This document shows positions 52,109 through 64,000 of a stretch of 64,000 nt of DNA, piece by piece. Under the pieces are notes generated by a model. That model saw nothing but the letters and a program-made list of their open reading frames with translations, ran no database searches and had not been told where the DNA came from. Origin of the DNA: Octopus vulgaris (taxonomy: Eukaryota); NCBI GenBank assembly GCA_951406725.2, contig OX597817.1:15686001-15750000 (forward strand), written 5' to 3'. Position 1 is the stretch's first letter; each line of letters starts with the position of its first letter. Position numbers and translations under genes: made by a program.

Positions 52109-52668
52109 TTCTATGGTTATATTTTTCGGTTATACTTTCGTTTTTTTTTGTTTGTTTTTTTGCTGTCATCATACTGTGGCCATGCTGGAGTACCACTTTG
52201 AGGAATTTTTAATAGAATGTATAGACCCCAGAATTTTTTTATGTTTTTCAACCAGCGTATGAAGTTAAGCCAAGAAGGTCTCTCCACATGCTAGAAATAA
52301 CAGCCAAATCTGTTGGTTATTCTTCGATTTTTTTTTTATTTTCTAAAAATATTTTTAGTTGTTTCAGTCATTGGACTGCGGCCATGCTGGGGCACGGCCT
52401 TGAGGAATTTTTAGCCGAACGAATCAACCCCAGAATCTTTTTGGGGTGATTTTCAACCAGCACATGAAGTTAAGCCTAGAAGTTCTCTCCACGTGCTAGA
52501 AATAACAGCCAAATATAATTTTTTTAATATAATTTCACGTAAGCAAAAACAGAAATCGTTATTGTAAAAAAAAGAAGCTTTTATTTTCCAAAATTACAAT
52601 TTCTAAGTAAACAAAATATATTCAATACATTTCTATATTCAAGAGATGAGGAATTATGTACATTATTT

Positions 52669-53958
52669 GGATCTTTTCAAATTTGTGGCCAGGACCCCAG
52701 ATCTTTCTAGTTAACTAAATAATTTGAAACTTTGTGTACTCATAGAGTGGAACTAGTTTATTCACCAGTTGGAACTAGTTTATTTGAGAAAAATCTATTT
52801 TATGACTTTAATCGTAGATTAAAACTGCGAATTTTAACCAATGAGATTGCTTGTTTTCATATCTAAAACGTTACTGCGATCTGTTAGTGTGACGTTGAAA
52901 GCAGACGAGGGAAGTTTGTCTTTGAAGTTACCGTCTAGGGGAAGCATTGATGTACATGTGTGTGTGTGTTTGATGGGGTGTGGGAGACAGTATGTTGTGT
53001 AAGTGAAGTGCTTCTGTTAGTGTGTGTGAAGAGACAGAGAGAGTAATGTGTGAAAGAGAGAGATAACTGAAATTTTTTACTCGGTGTATGTGTATATGTA
53101 TGTCTGCATGTATGTGTGTGTGTGTATGTATCTATGTATGTATGGCCATACATACATACACACACACATACATACACACACACATACTTACACATACATA
53201 CACACACACATACATGCAGGCATACATATACACATACACCGAGTAAAAAATTTCAGTTATCTCTCTCTTTCACACATTACTCTCTCTGTCTCTTCACACA
53301 CACTAACAGAAGCACTTCACTTACACAACATACTGTCTCCCACACCCCATCAAACACACACACACACACATGTACATCAATGCTTCCCCTAGACGGTAAC
53401 TTCAAAGACAAACTTCCCTCGTCATAAAATCGCTTCCTCTTAGTCTCTTTCGCTTTCATTACTTATGTAAAAAAATAAAAGTTTTTTACGGAAATCGACG
53501 GAAAACTTGTGCTACGACAAGCGAAACTTCGCCTAAATTTCTTGCCACTTCTTAATAGCAAACGAAAGCAAGTACTAACAGAATGGAAACATTTTCAATT
53601 TAATACATGTGGCTTATTAACTAGTTTTAAATATTGTTATTAGAAGGTGGCTGACTATAGGATCCTGGAAACATGAGTACGTTAAATAATTAAGATGCGC
53701 TTGTTTACATTTAAGATGTTTAATACGTCACGAAATTGGTGGTCGAGACGGAGTAAATAAAATAAAGCCGAATGACGGAATATCATTGGTTAAAATTCTA
53801 ATTATTAAACAACGTTAAACTTAGAAGTTACAATTCCGTTTTCATTCTGGTTTACAATTAAGTTTACTTTTGACACATTCTACCAGTATACGAAGTTTCA
53901 AATTGTTTGGTTCAGTAGGAAAAATTTGAAAAAACTGGCTTCAGAATAGAAAAGATCC
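52669..53958. mobile_element. Non-autonomous TIR element with GG..CC ends and 8-bp TSD (Merlin- or Mutator-like)
   Basis: CATTATTT|GGATCTTTTC ... GAAAAGATCC|CATTATTT; longer imperfect subterminal inverted repeats. Confidence 0.85.
52904..53423. repeat. 520-bp near-perfect palindrome nested in the TIR element
   Basis: GACGAGGGAAGTTTGTCTTTGAAGTTACCGTCTAGGGG... mirrors ...CCCCTAGACGGTAACTTCAAAGACAAACTTCCCTCGTC; centre near TATGGCCATA (53141-53150). Confidence 0.93.
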
Positions 53959-54042
53959 CATTATTTACATCTGACGGATATATCTGACGAGCGTATGGTT
54001 AGTGGTTAAGAGTTCGATTCCAGGCAGTGACCCTGAATAATG

Positions 54043-54080
<38 letters not shown>

Positions 54081-54125
54081 CATAATAATAACATCAAAAA
54101 AATATCTTAGGTTCGAAATTTCCCC

Positions 54126-54173
54126 AACATACCTGATGAAGGCTGGAAGGTATATCAGCCAAAACGTTGTGTT
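54126..54173 (+). ncRNA. Minimal type I hammerhead motif, G12A-degenerate
   Basis: aacauac-CUGAUGA-a-ggcug..cagcc-AAAA-cg-UU-guguu. Confidence 0.6.
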
Positions 54174-54721
54174 AACAACAAACAAGATGAGGACAAATAT
54201 CCGTCAAATATAAATAATGTAAATAATGAAAATATATTCAATCGAAAATAAATAAGTAGAATAGAATAACAGAACACTTGACTCTTTACTACTCAAAGTA
54301 CGTATTGTCTGAATTCTAACAAAAGGGAAAGCATTTACTTCAAGAAATGTGTAGAAACATAAAAACGATAAGAAGTACGTTTGAATGACTAGCCTTCGGC
54401 GCCATAATTCTGTTAGACCTTCAACGGCCGGAGGAAGTTCAAAAGGTCAGCTCATCCTCATTAATCTGTAAGTTCTGATAGAACAAAACAAAATACTTTT
54501 TGTGCGACTAAAAATTCTTCAAGGCGGTACCCCAGCATGGCTGCAGTCTAATAACTGCAAAAAGTAAAAATAAAAAAAGAATTCGGATGTAGTTTCTTTT
54601 TTTCATTTGCAAAATGAGCCCCTATTAATTTTGCTCAGATTGCTTTCAATTTTGGTGTATCGATGCAACTCCGAATTTTGGTTACGATCAACGAATTACT
54701 TTATCGCGTAAATTAAAGAAT

Positions 54722-54923
54722 CTCTTTTACTTGTTTCAGTCATTTTGACTGCGGCCATGGTGGAGCACCGCCTTTAGTCGAGCAACTCGACCCCGGGACT
54801 TATTCTTTGTAAGCCCAGTGCTTATTCTATCGGTCTCTTTTGCCGAACCGCTAAGTGACGGGGACGTAAACACACCAGCATCGGTTGTCAAGCAATGTTG
54901 GGGGGACAAACACAGACACACAA

Positions 54924-54966
<43 letters not shown>

Positions 54967-55118
54967 CGACGGGCTTCTTTCGGTTTCCGTCTACCAAATC
55001 CACTCACAAGGCATTGGTCGGCCCGGAGCTATAGCAGAAGACACTTGCCCAAGATGCCACGCAGTGGGACTGAACCCGGAACCATGTGGTTGGTTAGCAA
55101 GCTACTTACCACACAGCC
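54722..55118 (-). mobile_element. SINE family A
   Basis: Identity to other copies. Confidence 0.9.
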
Positions 55119-55949
55119 AATCTGATGTTATTTAGAATTAAAGTTGGAAAATTTGGGTAATTTCAGCCAATCAACAGACAGTAAGGAATTAACAGCTTGT
55201 TACCATGACAAACGGGCGTTGTGTTGTGTTTCACTTCATCTGCATGTTTTGCCGATTCTTCACATCACGAGATTTACTTCACCCGCGTTTTGTTTTTATA
55301 AAAACTCATATTTATCAATTAGAATTTTATTGCAGATGTTTTTCGTCAAATGTCTTAATATTTTACATATTTTTCATATATAGCAAAAGTTGTTTGCGAT
55401 GTTTATGAAGGTGAATGGAATATGAGAACTTAGGGTTCACGTGTGAGTGTGTGTGTGTGCTGTTTGCTTAGACGCAGCAAATGAATTGAGCTCAAATACT
55501 GGGATTTCATTGGTTAAAATTCGAAGAATTAAACTACGTTGAACTTACAAATTACAATTTTGTTTTCAATTTTGTTTACAATAATGTTTTCTTTTGACAC
55601 ATTCTACCAGTATACGAAGTTTCAAATTGTTTAGTTAACTAGAAAATTCCGTCCATCAAAAAGAAAAGATCCGAACTTAGTACACAACCGCACACGTACG
55701 CTACAAGCACAGTACTGACAAAAAATCGGTGTCATCGAACCAGTATTGCCAAGCCTCAGGAACTTATTGACTCAGATAGCTGCATTTATGATTTCACTAG
55801 GTTAATTCTATTCATAAACATTTAAATTAAGAGTATTTCTTAAACCGTTAGCTTCACATTTCAACAGCTTAACTGAAATTTAGCTCATGTGACAGGTGTA
55901 CATAATACTCAAATACACATAAAGTAACACATGCAGACATGATACAGCG

Positions 55950-58900
55950 TATCATAGCAGTAGCAGGTAAGCTCTCCAGATATTAGAAAAGAATAGATCA
56001 GTATCAACAGAATAGATTATTTGAGACAGACTAGAGGAGATTTTATAACCAAATAAGTAGTGAAGAACGAAGTACTGAAGATGAGAAACCTAAAGCAGAT
56101 GAAGCTAGAAAGTTCTGGAGTAATATTTGAGATAAACCAGTCAATCATAATGAAGATGCAGAATGGATAAAGAAAGTGAAGTAAGAAGTAGTGAGTGAGA
56201 AGCAGCCAGATCTAAAATTAACTAGTGCATTAATGAGTAAAGTATTAGGGAAAATGCCGAATTGGAAGGGCCCAGGATCAGATTTAGTTCAATGGTACTG
56301 GCTAAAGAAATTCAGTAGATTACATGGAAGGCTGAGGGAACAACTTCAGGATTGCCTTAATGGAGAAATAATACCAGTTTGGATGACTAGATGGAGTACA
56401 ATACCCATTATGAAGGATTAGAACAAGGGTAATATAGCCAGCAACTATAGACCAATCACTTGCTTACCATAAGTGTGGAAGCTGTTAACAGGAATGCGTT
56501 CAGAAAGCATTTACGAGTACTTTGACAACCAAAAGTTACTACCAGATGAACAGAAAGGTTTCAGGGAGAAGGCTAAAGGAAGGGATGGTCTTTTATATAT
56601 AAACAAAGCATTTCTAAATGAAGTAAAAGCTAGAAAGAAAAATCTAACAATATCATGGACAGATTATAGTAAGGTCTATGACATGATCCCACTCTCATGG
56701 ATAAGTGAATGTTTGAGTACATTCAGTATAGCAGACAACATAAAAGAATTAATTAGCTTTAGCATGAAGAAATGTAAAGTAGATCTCTACTCAAATGACA
56801 CACACTTAGGAAAAGTTAATATCAAACGAGGAATTTTCCAGGTACTCGTTGTCCCCTTTAATAGCTGCCCCTTTTAATATTTGTCTCCTTTAATACCCCT
56901 CAGTTTAGTATTAAGGATGGCAAAGGCAGGGTATCAGTTCAGAAATAGCAATGAAAAATTTAATCATTTGCTCTACATGGATGATCTGAAGTCTTAGTAA
57001 GAATGAAAAAGAGATAGATTCCTTAATACAGACTATAAGACTCTTCAGCAAAGATATAGGCATGGAATTTGGCATATGTAAATGTGCAATATTAGTCACG
57101 AGAAGGGGACAGGTGGTCAACAGTGAAGGCATCCAATTGCCAGAGAGCCAGACATTAAAATCATTGAAAGGAAGAGAGAGTTATGAGCAATTAAAGTTAT
57201 GAGTATCTTAGAATCTGACAGTGTACTAACTACAGAAATGAAAACGAAAATTGAGGAGTACATCAGAAGGGTGAGGAAGCTAATGAAGTCAAAGCCAAAT
57301 GGTCCGAATCTAGTGAAGGCTGTAAATACTTGGGCATTATCATTACTTAGATACTCTGCAGCTTTTGTAGATTGGACAAAAACTAAATTAGCAAAGCTAG
57401 ACAGAAGAGCTAGGAAGGAATTCAATATGAATGGAGGAGAAGGAGAAGCAAGATTATACCTACCTAGAAAAAAAGGCGAAAGAGGGTTAATATCAGCAGA
57501 AGAGTGCGTGTAGTTATGTAGAGAGAATATAGACTCCTATGTAGGTAATACTGAAGAAAATCTGCTACAGTCACAGGAAGACACAGGGAAACCAAAACAC
57601 CAAGCGAACTTAAAAACCAGAAAACGAACGGAAATTATCTGACTGGCAGGAGAAGGCGTTGCATGGTGGATTCCCAAAGATAGTTTCAGCAAACAGTAGT
57701 ACTGAGACATGGTTATGGCTACAGAAAGGAAAGCTGAAAAGGGAGGCAGACAGTTTGTTAGTAGCTGCATAAGATCAAGCATTAAGGACTAATTGGATAA
57801 AAGTCAAAATAGGTGCAGGAGTGGCTGTGTGGTAAGTAGCTTGCTAACCAACCACATGGTTCCGGGTTCAGTCCCACTGCGTGGCATCTTGGGCAAGTGT
57901 CTTCTTCTATAGCCCCGGGCCGACCAATGCCTTGTGAGTGGATTTGGTAGACGGAAACTGAAGGAAGCCTGTCGTATATATGTATGTATATATATATATA
58001 TATATATGTGCATGTGTGTGTGTTCGTGTGTCTGTGTTTGTCCCCCTAGCATTGCTTGACAACCGATGCTGGTGTGTTTACGTCCCCATCATTTAGCGGT
58101 TCGGCAAAAAAGAGACCGATAGAATAAGTACTGGGCTTACAAAGAATAAGTCCCAGGGTCGAATTGCTCGACTAAAGGCGGTGCTCCAGCATGGCCGCAG
58201 TCAAATGACTGAAACAAGTAAAAGAGTAAAAGAGTATAGACAAAAACCAAGTAGATTCCCAATGTAGATTATGCAAATCAAAAGAGGAAAACGTTGTTCA
58301 TATAGTAAGTGCAAAATAATTGACTTTTCAGTTCCAAATGATGAAATAGTCAACATAGAAAAAATAGAAAAAGTACCAGGATCTAGCCATTAAATTCCAG
58401 ACTATGAAAAGTGCGGGTAAAATGTATTCCAGTATTTATAGGTCCATTAGGAGCTATCCCTAGATATTTGAACTGGTGAACAGAGAAAAGAAGCATAAAA
58501 TTCAGTTTAGTACAGCTCCAGAAAACAATGTTATTAAGGACAGCTAGGATACTTGGGAGTAATAATAACTACAGACAGTACATGGATTTACCAAAGAAAT
58601 AAACATGAAATTTGGCTTAGAAAAATGTGTCAAAGCAACCCTGAAAAGAGGAAAACTAATTAAGAGTAGTAACATCACTAGATAAAGCAAATGAAATAAG
58701 AGAATTAGACAAAGCCAGACATAAAAATAATTAGGAACCAATGAACTAGATACGATGCAACACACAAATGAAAGAGAAGATAAGAAAAGAATACTATAGA
58801 CGAGTCAGATTAATACTGAAAACAGAGGTCAATGCGAAGAACAAGAGAGTAGGAATCAACATTTTAGCCGTCGCAGTTATTAGTTGTAGATTATAATATT

Positions 58901-59175
58901 CTTAACTGGACTCTAAATGAACTAATCAAAATAGACAGGAAAACAAGAAAAATATGACAGGTTTTAGGATGCACCACCCAAAATCTAACATAAAAAAAGT
59001 TATATATACAACATATCGAAGGTGGTAGAGTCCTCATACAGCTAGAAAACTATTACAAAATAACCACCATAGGACTACAGAAATACCTACTTCAGAAGCA
59101 AGGAAAATTAATACAAATAACCACAAAACACGAACAAAACAAAAAACTGTTCTCAGTGTTTAAGGTAACTGACAA
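55950..59175 (+). mobile_element. Degenerate R4/Dong-type LINE RT-RLE (to ~58560) followed by a second RT fragment; SINE A inserted at 57809-58234
   Basis: MPNWKGPGSD...YWLKKF, WKLLTG...EQKG, KRGIFQ, HLLYMDDLK, VKAVNTWA...RYSA, RLYLPRKKGERGL; second MKFGLEKC. Confidence 0.85.
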
Positions 59176-59178
59176 ATA

Positions 59179-60390
59179 TCAGGTCATCCCATAAGTTCTG
59201 TCCGATTTTACCTTTTTTTAAATTGAATGAAATTTAATATTATGTTAGAATATCTAATGGAATTTAAAATTATTTTTATACATTTGTGTATATTTAAACT
59301 AATTAAATATTATTTTACAGAATAATAGAATTAAAATTTCTTTGATAAAAACCCTTTCTAACATGGAAGTATCCAAAGACCATTTGAGGCACATAATGCT
59401 TTATGAGTACAAAAAAGGAAACTGCAGCTAAAGCGAATCGAAATATACACTCAGTTTATGGGGAAGAATGCTTGAATGAAAGAACTGCAGAACATGGTTT
59501 GCAAAATTCAGAAGTAAAGATTTCAGCCTTGAAGATGAAGATCGAACAGGACGACCTGTTGAGTTTGATGATAAGCTCCTTCAGGCATTACTTGAAGAAA
59601 ATCTTGCATTATCAGTTGAAGAATTAGAAATAAAGCTTAGTTCAAACCATACAAATGTTCATTGTCATCTTCAACAACTTGGAAAGTTTCCTAAACTTGG
59701 AAAATGGGTGCCTCATGAATTGTCCGAAAGCATCCGCAAATCCTGAGTTGACATCTGCTCTTCTCTCCATTCTTGCGAACTCATTTCATCCTTTTTGGAT
59801 AGATTTGTGACTGGTGACGAAAAATGGGATCTTCTATCGAAATGTTAAACCTCGTTACAGTGGCTTGGTAAAAGGGAAAAGGCTCAACCACAACCGAGAA
59901 GGGAACTTCATAGAAAAAAAGTTCTTCTCTCTATCTGGTGGGATTGCAAAGGAGTAATTCACTTTGAATTGTTACCACCTAATATACCAATCAATGCTCA
60001 AGTCTACTGTTAGCAATTAGAGCATTTGAACTGAGCTTTGAAGAAAAAAAGACCTGCTTTAGTGAATCGTAAAGGAGTGAAGTTTCATCAGGACAATCCA
60101 CGACCCCACAGTGCAAAGAACACATCACAGAAGATCGAAGAGCATGGTTGGGAAAATATTCCTCTCCACCTTATTCTCCTGACCTTGCTCCTTCAGACTA
60201 CCATTTGTTTTGCAGTTTACAGAATTGTTTGGGGGACATAACTTTCGCAAACCAGGAGAAGGTCGAACCTGACAGTTCAGAGTTCTTCACTTTGAAACCA
60301 AAAGAGTTTTACATTGATGGGATTTAAAAACTTGTAAATAGACGGAAGGAAGTCATAGATAATCAGGGAAAGTACATTGATGATTAAATT
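59179..60390 (+). mobile_element. mariner (Mos1/SETMAR-like) transposase pseudogene, right TIR lost
   Basis: TA|TCAGGTCATCCCATAAG; MEVSKDHLRHIMLYEY, WVPHEL, VTGDEKW, HQDNPRPH, YSPDLAPSDYHLF across frameshifts. Confidence 0.9.
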
Positions 60391-61790
60391 TCCTACAATT
60401 GTTACGAGACGAGGAAATCTTTTGAGAATAGAAGGAATATGGTTGCTAAGTGGTGAAAGGATGAAGGTAATTCAACCTCAATCCAGCTATAAATACCTGG
60501 GAATACTTGAGGCAGATGGAATTAAACACAATCACATGAAGGAAATGACAAAAGAAGAGTACCTGCGGCGAGTGAGAAAAATATTGACTTCAAAGCTGAA
60601 TGCCAGAAATATAATTTTGACAATAAACACGCGCGCAGTCGCAGTAGTTCGATATGGCGCTGGAATCCCGAAGTGGACAGAGGAGGAACTAAAGGAGATG
60701 GACAGAAAGTCACGACGCTCCTAACGATGCATGAAGCCCATCATCCACGTGAAGACACTGATCGCCTATACATGAAGAGAGCAAATTAAGGAAGCGGATA
60801 AGTGTGGAAGACTGCTTGCGTATCGAACTCGATATGAGATACCTAGCCCAAAGTAAGGAATTCTTGCTATTGACAGTTAGGAACGAAGGAGTATTGGAAG
60901 CTGAGAAAAGGAGAAAACAAAGGGATAAGTGCAAAAAGGACATGAAGAAGAATGACGCAAGAAGAGACTATACAATCAATTCCATGTAGCCACAACAGAA
61001 GTTACTGGAAAAGTAGGTAGAATTGGCTGATGAGAGGAATGCTAGAAAAAAAGTGAGAGAGAGCACTATGCTGGCAGTGCAGAACCAAGATTTGACGAAC
61101 TGGCGGGTCAATTTTAGGAATTTGAAAGTGTCTCCGTTGTGCCGCATCTGCAATAGAGTGGATGAAACCATTGCCCATGTCACGAAAGAGTGCCCTAGAC
61201 TTCCCCGAAACCACTGCAAGTTATGGCGACACGACCAGGTAGCGAAAGTGCTACATTGGAAACTGTGCGAAAAGTGGGGTCTAGAGAGAGAGGCAAGACG
61301 GGGTATCAGTACAATCCACAGAGAGTGGTGGAGTCGGGTGGAGTCGGAGACTTGCAAAATCCAAACAGATCAGGTACTAGAGCATAACAGACCGGCCCTA
61401 GTGGTAGTGGACAAGATGCACCACGTATGCTATATAATTGATGTTGCAGGCCCCTTTGACTCACGAATAGTCAAGAAGGAAGGCGAAAATCTAGATAAAT
61501 ACAACCGTCTTAAGTACGAAATAGCTCGACTATGGAAAACGAAGAAGGTGAAGATGGTGCCAATTATTGTTGGGTCCTTGGGATCAATATTCTAAGGGGA
61601 ATACAAAGGAAATTGGAATAAAGTGCCCAGTAGATCTATTACAAAGGGTTTGCCTCCTTGGCACGGCCAGAATAATCAGGAAAGTATTAGATAGCTGAAA
61701 AGAATGGATAGCATGATACCGTAGGCTGCAGGTAGCAAGCCTGCTACGAGTGTGAGGCTCCAGGAGCTCCAACATAACCTATGATAAAGA
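60391..61790 (+). mobile_element. R4/Dong-type LINE 3' half
   Basis: YKYLGILE...EYLRRVRKIL...INTRAV.VVRYG; CRIC...RHD...IIDVAGP; followed by a (TAA)n array. Confidence 0.9.
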
Positions 61791-61792
61791 GA

Positions 61793-63423
<1,631 letters not shown>

Positions 63424-63429
63424 GATGGT

Positions 63430-64000
63430 ATAAAACATGCTGCTACGAAGGAAAAAATAAGAAAAGAATATTACAAGAGAATAAGACTCATACTAAAAAC
63501 TGAACTCAACTCTAAAAATCGCATCGAAGCCATTAATGCCTTGGCACTTCCAGTAGTCCAATATAATTTAACATCATTAACTGGAATCTTACAGAGCTCC
63601 AACACCTGGACAGGAAGACAAGAAAAATACTAACTTCTAAGAACATGCACCGCCCAAAAGCAGATATCACTCGTCTGTACCTATCTAGAAGTAATGAAGG
63701 AAGATGAATGATGCAGGTAGAACTGTGCTATAAGACCTCCCCAACAGCAATGAGCAGGTACTTGTCTAGAACAGAGGAGTGGACGCTACGACTTGTGTGC
63801 AAACACAAAAGCAGCAAAAGGTCACATTCGATTGTCAAAGAAGCTTGCAAATTCGCAAGGGAATTTGGCATTAAACCCTAAAATTGTTGAAGAACCTGAA
63901 ACCACTGCCACAAAACAAGCAAAATGGATCAAACAGACTGCAAAAAAGAAGGGGCAGAAATGAATTGAAGAGCGGTGGAGCCAGAAGCCTCTGCAATGAC
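63430..64000 (+). mobile_element. R4/Dong-type LINE fragment running off the window edge
   Basis: KTELNSKNRIEAINALALPVVQY...LDRKTRK...MHRPKADITRLYL. Confidence 0.85.

Overview
AT-rich, microsatellite-dense eukaryotic DNA that is mostly transposable-element debris. The SINE, Helitron and LINE repertoire looks like an octopus (coleoid cephalopod) genome, which is an inference. Only one convincing host coding exon is present: a 927-bp HtrL/YibB-family exon at 21418-22344 (+). There is also a tentative chain of minus-strand exons. Identifiable mobile elements: a Penelope-like element (RT + GIY-YIG) with a ~1.3-kb inverted 5' copy of its own 3' end, a second Penelope remnant, an internally deleted HERO-like RLE element, many R4/Dong-type LINE fragments next to (TAA)n, RTE and Tx1/L1 fragments, a CsRn1-type Gypsy element, hAT, Merlin, mariner and piggyBac-type DNA transposons, non-autonomous Helitrons and three tRNA-derived SINE families. 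The main unexplained signal, found by hand-folding, is a high density of hammerhead-ribozyme (HHR) motifs, about 10 unrelated sequence families. They include an 84-bp tandem HHR array, a TSD-flanked 357-bp-period retrozyme-like insert, several tail-out inverted duplications with Penelope-like architecture, and two families whose catalytic segments occur in a non-circularly permuted order (UH, then GAAA, then CUGANGA) inside terminal direct repeats. None of the ribozyme calls has been computationally or experimentally tested.
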